Assembly: GCA_030704615.1 (NCBI GenBank)
Contig: CM060731.1
Location: forward strand, 24,242,001 to 24,306,000
DNA length: 64,000 nt
Source: Takakia lepidozioides
Lineage: Eukaryota; Plantae; Bryophyta
Direction of reading: 5' to 3'
Part shown: positions 34,161-46,280 of the stretch, one piece after another
Position numbering within the stretch: the first letter of the stretch is position 1
Layout: every line of letters starts with the position of its first letter
Translations under genes and position numbers: made by a program
Notes under the pieces: model-generated
What the model was told of the DNA's origin: nothing
The model's input: only the letters and a program-made list of their open reading frames with translations
Database searches by the model: none

Positions 34161-37100
34161 GGGTTCAAACTTCAAACTTCAAACTACCTGTTGGATGTCA
34201 GAAAGGTATCCCACCTTCCGAGTAGCCCTTGGGGGCGTGTAACACCATATTTTATGCTTTGCTTTGGCAACCACGTCCACATATTTCTATTCCATACACA
34301 ACTAGGTGACAGGATTTGAGCCCAGGATCACCAAGGTTGCAGTCAGTGCACCATCCAATCGAGCTACCAAGTGAAGAGGCCAATGACCTGTCAAAGAAAA
34401 CAGAAAAAGGACAAAAATGGTGATCTGGACATAAAAATAGAATATTGATAACACTTCAACAACTTGTTGACTTCTGCATAAAAGGTGTAACCCCAACTTT
34501 ACAATTGGGATGGGGTATAAATGGTGACAGTCAGAGTACATACGTCTATGTGGGTTTGAACTCACAACCATTTAGTAAGCAGTCAGTTTGGGCACTGACC
34601 ACCAAATGGGATGCTTATGCAAGAAGAATTGTTCAAAACTGAAGTAAAGATTAGATTGAAGACCTTCAACTGAAGGTTTTCAAGTAATTTTTTTCTGAAC
34701 AGAAGAGGAAACTACTTAGTTTAGCTGCACAGGTAGCTGAGGTCTCTCAGTCAGCAGGCAAAAGGCTGGTGGGGAGAGAGTGAAGGTACAAAACTGGTTT
34801 GATAAGAGGCTAAGTCAACCACGGAATGTGCAGCAGCAGAGGTCTAACTACCGTATGGTACAACCGTTACTTCTCCACCAGTTCCCGGGGCCCACCCTGA
34901 TATGCTCTGGAGCTTTGCTGCCAAATGTGATGTTACCATTCCAGGAAATCTTTGAGGAACGGGTGGGGAAGAAGGGTCTGTGCTGATCAACGGTGGCCTG
35001 CATTTACCAGGCAATTATGCAGGCAGGGCAGCTCTGGTTTCTGTAGCCAGGTGGTGGATCTGGTGGTTGATGGAATCAACTGGGTGCAGTGTGCAGCTCA
35101 TGGGTCCGACAAAAGAAGACAGACTCGTCTCCTCTTGATTGCAGAAAAGTTAGGCTGCATTCTCCGCTTTGCTCCATTACTTCGTTGGAAAGAGGTTTTT
35201 GAGAAGATGGGCTAGGTGAGTATCTGATTAGCATCATAGCTTTTCAATTGGGTCGCCGCGTGTCGGGTGGTGACAACAGCTTGCGTAGGTTTTGTGATGG
35301 GGAACGGGTGGGACAATCCTTGGGACCACGATGGCTGCCGCGTTCGCCATTGTCTTCAGCCAGGTTTGCTTCGTACAGTGTTTTGACTTCTGCTCCGGAG
35401 ATTCCAAATCATTCAAAAGGCAGGATGTTGTTTTGTGAATGCTTTTCTGGCTGCAGTTGTATGTAGCTTTTTCTGATTCCCGTAAAAGCTCCGAGTGTCC
35501 GTTGGCAATAACTTCGCCTAATTGCATTAGTACATCAGCAGCGCGAAGAGAACTGAGCAGCATCTCAGCTGAAGTAAGCATTGTGCTATGAGACACATAG
35601 AACTGGACAAGCCAGTTCTTATATGGCATGAAGAATAGCCGAGCACCTGGAGTCACATACATAGCACAACTTTCTAACTTCATGGAAAAGGAAAATGCGT
35701 ACGCAGTTTGTTGCACCCATTCGCCATCCAAAAGTTATGAAAGTGCCTAATGAAGCAGTATGAAGCGCACTGTGCAAGGCCCACTAGGACGGGCATGTCA
35801 CATGGCGTTGCAGTGGCCAGCCCCCATGGGTTCCTCTGGATTCACTATACTGACTTCCAACGTTTCCCTCCCCCTTATCTGTTTCGTTCTTCTGTGTGTT
35901 TGTCCATTCTTTCCAATAAACCAGACTTCTCCGTTGTCCTTTCTCAATCTTCACTCATGGGATCATGCATAGCGAGTCCTACATGAATGGGTTTACTGTC
36001 GGATATTTTTGGTCCAAGAGGTGTGGGTTTGGTACTGTAGAGAGTGAATGGGGTTAGGTTCCGGTTAGGTGGATTTATCTTCTAGAGATGAGAATTGCAC
36101 ATCAATCGTGGTATTCTATTCCTTCATGGGCCTGGCACTTTACACTCAAGTTATATTTGACTCATGAGGTTTGAAGAGCATGAGGTGTACACATCTGGTA
36201 GCCAGTGGTAAAAATACCAGGTCTGAGGTATGCACACAGTTGCTGGTTCATGTCTAATGGCAGGCTAGTTGTGGCCTATACGTCGGGGCACACATTGGCC
36301 TAACACATCTCTCCAGCATACCCAACCTGTTGATTATTTTATCAGAGCTGCCTTGTGAGCAACTGCCTGACTCCTGAGGTCTGCTATCAATTGGGACAAA
36401 GTTTTCTCTTTCCAGGTTTTGCTACTTCCCCCATTGTCAGGCTGTTTCTCAAATGTTATGCAACTGTGTCTACATCATCCCACTTTGGCAGCTGATCGTT
36501 ATACAACTGGCCAACGAAGAATTTATGTTGTGATCGATGGATGGTACATAGGGATGTAGATAGCAAGTAAGGAGGCGTTGTCTTGCAACCAGTGTTTTCC
36601 GTCCTGAACACAAACAGTATTTCTCTGGAAGAACTCTAATGTCCATTCACCTAAGGGGCAGGCTGAACCATCAACAGCAAAAAAGTTCACACCCATCCCA
36701 AACCTTCACTTCTGTCTGCTCTGCCCCTAATCTTTCTTTACAACACAACATCATGGAAAGCAGATTGTGGTGTATGTTCTACTCATCTTGCATCATTTTC
36801 TGATGTAGCTTTTGTTAGAAAAACAAAGAACTGCACTCGGCCCAGGGTTTTAACTGAAGTTAAAACCTTTTGCCCTGGCAATGGTCAAAAGGTGATTCTA
36901 GGCAAGTGGTAATTCAGGTTGGCCACTGTTTAAGCAGGTGACAACTTTCGGAAGAATGTAGGAGCCCAGATGATTGCCAACACGCCAGTTGCACACATAG
37001 TTATCTAAGAAAGAACAAGAGAGGTGAAAAAGATAGCGCTTGAATAGTTGGTGCAGGAGCTCCTTCACTCAAAACACTTGACATTTGCAGCATCTCCATG

Positions 37101-37689
37101 CAGGTCACTCTCATTGAAATATGTCCTACTGGGCGGGGTGGCAGACAGCACAACGCATTTGTTGGGGTGAGCTTGATTTGCTGGAACAGACCCTAACCCC
37201 CTCTCTGCCCCCCCCCCCCCCCCAATCCTAACTTGGTTTTGTCCTGGAGCTATCACCCTCAATGGATTTAGGCAGATTGGCCCTTTAGCCTTTAAGTAAG
37301 GGCAATATGAAAAACTGCCCTTCAAAAACAGAGGTGGGTTTAGGTCCACATGGAAGGGTTTTATTTTTATGGGTCCTTCAAAGCAGCCGTGTGCAATTTG
37401 CTGACTGGTCTCCAGTCTCCAGTGTTTGCTTTGCCATTTTTCCGAAATCACCACAGGGCCACATGGAAATTGTACCCAGTTCTCTTCAATGTGGGAACCT
37501 TGTTGGAGTCTAGGACAGACGAGAGGTTAGCAAAGGCTCTTTTATGCTTTAGTGAGAAGCTAGACAGAATGGACAAAAAGATTGATTAAAAGTTTGAGGG
37601 GATGAATGAAAAGATTGACGGAGTCTGCTGACTAAAACCCTCCCCCGTGATCAATTCGAACGTTTGCGAGGCTTGCCGCGATCAGGTTT

Positions 37690-40598
37690 TGTGCGCACGT
37701 TGAATGGTGGGCCAATATCATGGGGTCCCGCAACTAAGGATACACAGCAGGGAGCACCATTGAAGCTGAGTACGTCGCTGCTCATCTAGCGACACATGAG
37801 ATCATTTGGACACGCCGACTGCTAGGTGATCTCAACTATGATCAGATGCGACCAACACTACTTTGGTCTGACAACCAGGCCGCTATCAGGCTTGTTCGAA
37901 ATCCAGAATTTCATTGCCGAACAAAGCATATTGATGTGAAGTATCACATCATCCGGGAGGCCCATGTCACATGTCGTATTAGTGTTAGCATCAAAGAGGG
38001 ACAGTTAGACCGTTTTTTTAGCTTTTTTCTGGCGATCTTGGCTATTCCATGACTGTGTCACGCCTCCACTCGGGAGAGCATAGTAGTTTTGATCAAACCA
38101 ATAGGGGTAGCTTTAGCTGTTTGGAGCATTTAAATTGTTATGAATTGGTATAATATGGAGACAAGTTTGCTGACCTAAAAGTTTGTCTCCAAAGGATGTG
38201 TTGTGACGTTCCGATCCCTCTTCAAATAGATGAATTTCTTCAAGATTGCTCGACGGATATCACTAACAACCGCAGATGTCGAGCTCAAGCTCCTGTCCTA
38301 CTCACATATAAGAATTTGAAAGTTAGCAAGACTATCTTATTCACTACTATACATGCAGCTACTCAGCAAACTTGTAAATGAGATTTGCAACTAAAGTGGT
38401 AATACATGAGCAAGAAGATGAATGAGCTGTTACATGCACACGAAATATCTCATGAGATGCCCCCGACAGCCCTGAGCAAAATGGAGTCTTTGAGAGAGAC
38501 AATCGTACTATTGTTGAGAGTGCTCGTAGTATTGTCCTGCTACCCAATCGTTTTGATTGAGGTTGTTGGCTTGCATATATGCATCAATGGTGCGGTGTTT
38601 TAGCCGGCATTGAATTGCAATTCTTGGAAAAAACCGTAAACACAATAATGTATGTCTTGAATCGGTCTAGTATCAAAACACTTGAAGGAAAAACTCCACT
38701 GGAAACGTGGACAAAAAGTGAAACCTACAGTGTCACATTTACGCGTGTTTGGTTGTGATGCCTACAAGTATGTACTAAAAACTCTGAGGAAGAAGTTAGA
38801 CTATAAGAGCACGAGATGAAAGTAAGGCCTATAGACTTTGAGACATAGAAGGAAAAAATGTTGTCATCAACAAGGATGTGCTATTCAACAAAGTTTTATC
38901 TGTCAAGAGACCAGAGTGTGATGCTTAAGTGTAAGGTCGGATAATTTTTACTTGAAGTGAGCAACATATCATTCTATGTATTGGAGTACTCATCAGCTTT
39001 AAAGAAAAGACAAATTATTAATCATCATGTCACCATTAAAGAATGAAGACACGGTGATGACCAAGCTGGTGATGACCAAACTGATGATCAAGACGCGAAC
39101 CAAGCTATAATAGGAGAAGAGATACATGATGATGAGGGTAGCTACTACTCGTGGTCGCGTCGCTCGAAAGGCCTCTAGGCTGCTAGCCTGTGGCGTCACT
39201 GTCCTGCAGCAACCCCCTAAAGGATCACCTAAAAAAAAGGACATTTTTTTTTTGGGTTCCGTGTCTTTTTTTAGGGTCGTTGCTACGCCTGGTCGCATTG
39301 CTCGAAAGTACTTAGTCATTGAATCAAGTACCCATAATATGGTGCAGTTGAAAGCAAACTTGCATAATAAATATTCCTACAGTGGTGTGCATGCTTGACA
39401 ACCAATGATAGTTTGGGCAAGAAGACTTATGGCCAATAAGACTTATGGCCAATATTGGTTTTCCACGGCTTAGAAGGATTTCAATGACAATCAAGGATAC
39501 ATAAGACTTGTGGGTGAATGCAAGGTTGACTAGTCTAAAACGGACGTTACCGGCACAATTTTAGATGAGTGCAATTGATGGTGTCATCAATTGAATTAAC
39601 TCATTAAAACCAGCAAATATATATGTCGTTGGATTCCTAGCTTCAATATGTACCCATAACAACTCTCCAATCATGAATCCGATAAGAAATGACTCTGCTA
39701 TGTTTTGAACACTGTCATTATGGACTGTTCCCGCAGTGAATGGAATTATAATGGACTCAAGTTCTCCTATGTGCCATTGGTGAATTCCATTGAAATTTGG
39801 ACTTAAGGACTTGAGTTTCACGGACAAACCAAATATTGATGTGCAATATCACATCGTTAAGGAGCATCAGCAAAATGGTGCCATAAATATTCAATATATC
39901 ACTACTTATGCTCAAGTTGTAGACATTTTGACCAAGGCTTTTGAACTAGAATAGTTCAAGCAGCTGCGTGGTTCACTTACTTTAGTGCCTCAAAGTGTCG
40001 TGAGTGGGAGTGTGAATGAAAGATAGTACGCTTTGAATATGAGTGGTAAAATGAGTGGGAGTATTGGAGTATTGGGAGTCTTAGGCGGTAGTTATAGTTT
40101 GGCACATAGATAGACATGACATACAACTAAAATGACTTATCTATTACACTACATAGTTTGATTGGACTAGCTAGATGTGACAGACAGGCGCTGGAATGAC
40201 TTCCCTATTATGCCAACTAGTTTGATTGGAGACAACTAGGATGCTACCTGGTCACCGGGCTTGATGGTATTGTAAAGAACGTAACCTGGCTTAACAGTGT
40301 GTGTATGGAGATAGATGCCTGCCATAACTGTAGTCTGCATACATTTTTGCTTTTGTAGGGAGCACCCATGTGGGTTTTAGATGCAAGCTTGCATATGAAG
40401 ACCTTTTATAAGTAAAGTTGACAGACAATGTTCTTTTATATTTTTCTTGTATGAACTCTATGTAATTGCACTGTTTTACAGAAATACTTATAAGTGGATT
40501 AGCTGGTGCGAACAAAGATTTGTAGATGCTATAATACTCATCGAAGTATTAATCTTGATGCATATACACATTCACGTATCTTAGTAGGTCTTCTAATA
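37690..40598 (+). mobile_element. Decayed, rearranged Ty1/Copia LTR-retrotransposon fragments
   Basis: RNase H EAEYVAA...WSDNQAAIRLVRNPEFHCRTKHIDVKYH (~37760-37970). Integrase remnant KTPLETW..SHLRVFGCDAY..RKKLD (~38450-38820). Second RNase H end TNQIDVQYHIVKE..QVVDILTKA (~39820-39960). PPT-like gagtgggag near 40001 and 40053, followed by a possible LTR. Confidence 0.7.
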
Positions 40599-40852
40599 GG
40601 CACGTCATCTAGAGAAAAGTAACTACTGTTTCTTTTTTGAAATTTTTTAGGAGAAAGGGGAGGAAGTAATGACTTGAATCTTAAACTACGACATTATACA
40701 TCATGTATCTTAAACAGTTGAAACATAATACATCGTATGGAGAACTTAGAACGACTAGAGTTGTGTATGTAAGTTGAGCAGCTCGAAAGTTTCAAAAGTG
40801 AGGAGTTCCAAAAATTAACGTAGATTGTCGCAGTCTATAGCAACTTCTTTGC

Positions 40853-40921
40853 CGCCATTGCCGGGGATCGAACCCGGGTCACAATGACAGGCGAGAATGC
40901 TTACCACTGTACTGCAACGAC
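40853..40921 (-). pseudogene. trnD: tRNA-Asp(GUC) pseudogene
   Basis: Minus strand GTCGTTGCAGTACAGTGGTAAGCATTCTCGCCTGTCATTGTGACCCGGGTTCGATCCCCGGCAATGGCG closely matches plant nuclear tRNA-Asp. The 3' arm of the anticodon stem is partly deleted and there are several substitutions. Confidence 0.85.
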
Positions 40922-41875
40922 TTTCTCCTCACTAGTGCACGGAAAATATTATATATCCTAAATAAGGGGATAACTTGAAGGCGAAATTGCTGTAGAAAGA
41001 AATTTGAAGGGATGAGGGCTCAGTCAAAGTCCACATTGAAAGGGTCACTCAACAGGATACTCATCGCCCATACACACAGCCTCTCCTCATTATGTATACC
41101 TATATGACCAATTCATACAACAGAATATTTCGCAATACTGTATCGAGGTAATTTCTTGGCCCACCAAGCCACGGTCCTTGTTTCCACATATTCCCTCGAG
41201 CCATTTCAGCCGTTACAAGTCTCATCCATAGTGGAGTCCTTCATTTATCACGGGCTGCCAGTTTATCGAAAATTACCGACGAATGAGGTGCAAAGTTCTC
41301 GTCCTATGTATTTGTACGACAAACCAGGTACGTAGATAGTATGTAGATACTAGGTACTATCTAGGTACATACGGACACGTGTCGCGTAGAAAGGCAGAGT
41401 TTACATAGCCCACCGGTATGTCTCATGTGCCTGTGAGGGACATGACATGAAATATACGTGGGGACGTGAGAACTGGTCGGACTCCCACCACCTTTTCGAC
41501 AAATAACACAAAAACTGTTTCCCTGGGGCCCAACTTACTATAATTAAGGGGCCTGATTTGTGAGCTGTCGCTCCCAGGTGTTTGCCTTTCTAAAAACAAA
41601 CACAAAGAAAAAAAGAAAAGAAAAGAGAAAAACTTACTTTATGTCAGAAAACTTACCAATTAAGTTTTATTTGTCTATTTGTGATGACTCGGAAAGGGCA
41701 GGGCCGTGAAATTACTGGAGGACTAAATTTAAAATTGAAGTAAAAACAAAACAATATGGAGGGAAAATTTTAAAACTGAACCCCGTTAGTACGAAAAGTT
41801 AGTTCAATTCATATTAAATGTTTTCGAATACGGAAATCACGAGTACACAGCGGATCCAAGGTGAGTGCGTGACAC

Positions 41876-41956
41876 ACGTGGCGGGCATCGAGGCAAGACA
41901 AGCTGCATGAAGCTATCTGATCGGAGGGCTGTGGAGCGCGCGATGCGACACGTGGC
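41876..41956 (+). promoter_or_regulatory. Pair of ABRE/G-box elements (ACGTGGC) upstream of HVA22
   Basis: ACACGTGGC at 41874-41882 and 41948-41956, 300-400 bp upstream of the HVA22 ATG. HVA22 genes are classically ABA-inducible through ABREs. Confidence 0.55.
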
Positions 41957-42271
41957 GGTACGGTGGGAGAGGAGAGTGGGATTGGAGAGGGGCATCATCG
42001 TCTCCTTGGTGGTGGAGCGTGTTGAGGTTTCATGGTGGCAGAGAAGAGAGGGCCAGGGATATAACTTAAGGTCGAGGTGGAGGTTGAGGTCGAGCGAGGC
42101 TGAGAGGGATTGGAGGTTGGATATTGAGTCTTGCGTGGGGCCGGCGGGGCAGCTGAAATTTTCTTTGGAGAAACGGGGCTGCAAAAGTGAGGTCGGTAAA
42201 GCGGAGGATCTCAAGTAGGCACAAGAGAGGCGGGAGAAGACGGTTGAACAAGCTTGGATTTTGAGAGGACA

Positions 42272-43260
42272 ATGGCGTTGGTGTGGGGTTTAGTGACGCG
42301 CCTCAGCACACTGGCCGGGTATGGATTCTCTTTGCCTCAGATCGTCTTGCATACAGTGAACTGTGGCTGGTAGGTAGGTTAGTGATGTGGGGGAGGCACC
42401 CAGAGTAGGAGGGAGAAGGTGAAAGAGTGGCTTCGATAGTTCTTCGTTCATTTCTTATCCACAACAGGTTCACTCCCCCGCCTCGGCCCCCTTGCATTAC
42501 CAGGGTATGGGGATTTGCTCATTCACTTGGAGCGTTCGCATCTCTGTCTCTTTCGCTGGCTATTAGTAGTTTTTTTTTTTTAAAGTTATTTCCACGTCTT
42601 CTCTCCTTCGGCAACGAGAAAGAATCAGTTTCAATATATGTGGAGGACCACAGAGTGATTGATATGTGATATGCTTAGGCAAGTTCGGGGATGGGGTAAA
42701 AGTTGACGAATGGTTCAGCTTCCAAATCCTTTTTTGACAGTTATGAAGTATTGGCATAGTACCCCTGACACGATGGAGACTCTGAAGCTCACTTGTATAC
42801 TCAGTTGCCTGTTGAAGTTTGGACCAGTCAAGTTACTCATTGGAATGGGAAGGTTGGGATTGGGGTAAAGAACATGAAACGGAGGAGTGGCTTGCTCTTC
42901 GATGAGTTGAAACGTAAGCGTGTAGCACACGCCTAAAAACTGTTGTTTTGAAGTTCAACACTATGCAACTGCACGTGGAGGGGCTGGCGGGAATGAGCTC
43001 GGTCAAGAATGGTTCAGCTATGAACTTTCTTTTCTCAGTCTGAAGGGCATAGTTTTAGTCACCTTGTTGTCAAGTTGAATGACTTTCTGGTGAAGATGGA
43101 CACTTACATTCTTCTAATATGCCATGGGAGTTCAAGTGGTTTCTAATGGTTGTCCTGTTGGATATTATTGTCTGCAGGCCCGCAGTGATGCTAGTGTACC
43201 CTTTGTAAGTTCTCTGCCTACCCCTTGGTGGGCGATTCTTTTTCCTCTTTGCTCTCTCTC

Positions 43261-43307
<47 letters not shown>

Positions 43308-44935
43308 TTCCTCTATCAGCCCCTGACAGAGGTAGGTTCTGTCCCTTTTGTTCCCGCTCAAACTGGGCGCGGGGTCAATGGCCACAAGGCTATGGCAAAC
43401 AACGACTTATGAGTACAATCTCTCACATTCCTGACTATTGGAAAGATAGAATTTTTATGTGGTATCTTTCCTGAATAATAACTTTATATGGCCAGTTGCA
43501 GAGTGCTTGTTTCTATCCACAATAGTACATGCTATTCTGCACATCTTAGTTTGGACACTGTTCGAACCATCATCGAAGGATTGAAACTGATTGGGAGGAT
43601 TTGACTTGGCAGGTATGCATCCATCAAAGCCATAGAGAGTCCTTTCAAGGAAGATGACCAGCAATGGCTAACATATTGGGTGCTTTACTCCCTTGTGGCC
43701 CTTTTGGAGCTTTCCCTTTCGGCTTTGTTTGAATGGTAAGCTTTTTCTCTTACAAGCTAGATGTATTTGAGTTAGATGACCACTGGCCAACTGGATAATC
43801 TTCTATTTTTAGCCCTTCTTTCTTGACACTATGGTCTCACATAGCTGTGCTCCCCGGCTTGTGAGATGTTGGACTTCAGTAAGTTTTGTTTTCAGTGCTT
43901 GGACCAGCTGCTGCGCCTCGTCAATCTTTACTTTGCTCTTGTCAACCTCTCTGCGAGCTTCAAATCCATGGTCCTTCATGAAGCCTTCCTTTGTGACACC
44001 TTCATCTAATGTGGAAGCTACTGCTTCCAGCTTGGATGTTAATTTCCCTTTTGTACTCGAGAGCGCTGCTGAGACCTCTCCCAGCTGTTTCCAAACACTG
44101 TCCATGGCATTTGACATAACTTCAAGGCAGTTATTTGAATGCAGTAGCTCAGCCACAGCAGTCTTGTTCCACAATTCACGTACTCTGCTTTGTGGAGAAA
44201 TAACTGCATGGAGAACGATGTTCATTATGTGAGACAAGTTGTCAGGTGTCTGCAGCCATGAGAGACCAACCCTAAGGGTGTCAGCATGTTGATGGATCTA
44301 AATGGAATTGGTGTGGCTGATAACACAGGATTCCATTGTGGTCTACAATCAAGTTGGCACTGGCAGCCTGGTTGGTGTTGCCTCAGTTCCAGGGTGGGAC
44401 ACTTGTGTATGAGCGGTATGTGAGACCTGTTTTCTACAAGGTACAGCCTTATGTTGATCAAAGGTTGTCTGAGGGCCATTGGAAGGCTTTACAAATGATG
44501 AGCCCCGATTCGCGCGCATCATTAGCACAATTCATCCATGAAAATGGTCACGATGCCTTCTCGAATATGATTTCTGCGGTAAATATTCATAAGTGTTTCT
44601 CTCTGTATATATGCAGATTCCTGTCTGTTTCTTCTAATGAGGTGGGATTGTGCAAGGAAAGTTCATATTCTAATTCTCTCAGCACTCGGCTTTGTTGGAT
44701 GAAGTACCTGGTGTAGGTTGACACTCAGGAACAGGTTGAAAGGTGCCTTGGTACCTATGGCATGAGTTGTTTTGGTTGGATACAGTAGATGGCTTCTGCT
44801 CAGGGAAGTAGTGTGAATAGAGTTGTTATAGTCATACCAGTTATTCATTACTGTGCAGTAGTGTGGCGGTGACATGTTGGATTTTCTTTCATGCAGGCAA
44901 ACAGTGCTGCATCCCGGTCTCGACCAAGTTACTAA
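42272..44935 (+). CDS. HVA22: HVA22-like protein (TB2/DP1/HVA22 family), 5 exons
   Basis: Exons 42272..42318, 43178..43204, 43613..43735, 44329..44578 and 44897..44935 give [51 protein letters not shown]...[33 protein letters not shown]...; introns are GT-AG and in phase. Confidence 0.93.
43313..43418 (+). mobile_element. 106-bp 3'-terminal fragment of the same RTE-X-like LINE (copy 3), in HVA22 intron 2, next to a (CT)n tract
   Basis: Matches the reverse complement of 15882-15985. 14-bp TSD tctctcacattcct (43299-43312 / 43419-43432). Confidence 0.92.
43809..44875 (-). CDS. Candidate 2-exon antisense gene (~202 aa, C-terminal coiled coil) interleaved with HVA22
   Basis: Exon A 44875..44708 (ATG...CAG|GTACTT) lies in HVA22 intron 4. 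Exon B 44249..43809 (TGCAG|ACA) lies in HVA22 intron 3. The join is phase 0 and in frame. Heptad-like helix [45 protein letters not shown]. No homolog recognised. Confidence 0.4.
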
Positions 44936-46280
44936 AGTGCTATCTGTTGATGCTGTCAAATGGACGGTGTCAAGATTGCTTGGCTCACATGATTAGTAGA
45001 TTGAGGTTGCCCAGATTAAATTTTGAACAGAAGCATTTGAAATCGTGGGTCGTTCTCTTGGTGTCATTGAAGGTCAGCCTGCCCATAAAGTGCGAGGATT
45101 GCTGTAGTCTTGATCCGAAAACTGATGTACATATGTCATGATGTCAATCATGTCTGCAATTCAATATGCAAATGGGATAATTTCAATATTTTAGTCTAGT
45201 ACCTTAGATCACTTTTGAAGAAATTCTTTGTATTTATGGACAAGTGTTTTGGCGCCAGAGTGGGCTTTCTGTGTTAATCACATTGCCATTATGTTTTGGT
45301 CTGGTCAGAAACATGAATGATTTGACTTAAGTTGTGATTCCTTATTACTCATTGAAGTTTCAAAAGACCAAATCACAATCAAGTCTCTTATGCATGAACA
45401 TGTGTTTTAGATTTAGGAAATGATTGGAAATCAGCTTCCTGTGTCAGTTGGCGAGAAACTCTGCAATAGGGCCAGTCTCACTGAACCACTTTTCTTGATG
45501 CTAGAAAAGAGATGGTTTAATGTGTGTCTGTGTTTTGGATTTTGCGCAGAGCGCGTTGACAGCATATGGATGTAGTGAATGTGTGTGGCTAATCTTTCCA
45601 GAGTATATGTACCTCCACAATTCAGTAAGCAGCTAATGGCAATCTTGCATCCATTTCTCTACACTCCTGTGCTCGGACGAGGAAAAAGAGGGTCAAAAGT
45701 GTCTTGACAGAGTACAGATATGGTGAATGTGTGGGGGTAATCCTTTCCAGCTCCACTCTTCAAACATGCATTGAAAAAGAGTCTGAGAGAAATCAACACC
45801 TTAGTATAGCAAACCTTTGCTTCGTTTGGACGATTTGACCGTCCAAAGAGAGTGGAGGGAAGCCGTTGTCTGTCAGCCAAAGCCATATCCGCTCTCTCTC
45901 GGCCAGAATTCCTCTTCTCTCTCGTGAGACGTCGGTTGGAAGGAGTGGAACGGTTATCAACTTGCAACGAATGAAGCTGAATGTGGACTTCAATCCACAC
46001 AGGATCAACATCCATGCTGCCTTCTTGTGTCGAGAGGGTCGGGCGCCTGGCGAAATCCTGGTGCTCGCAAGAGCTTGACTTCACTGCAGGACCCGCTCCC
46101 ACCTCCCCTGTGTCTACCAAAAGAAATTCCGACAATCTCTGTGATATATCTTCTGGGTCTCAGAAAATTTAAGATTTGGGTTTCTGCAGTTGGTGCGGAG
46201 GGAGGGAGAGAGAGAGAGAGAGAGAGACTGTACCAATCCATGCACAGACCGCACGCATGTGAACATGCACTATCTTGCTC

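Noticed and set aside
35234-35731. 165-aa minus-strand ORF
   Set aside because: Non-ATG start, no recognisable motif and no splice support. Like most short ORFs in the track, it is treated as chance or antisense shadow.
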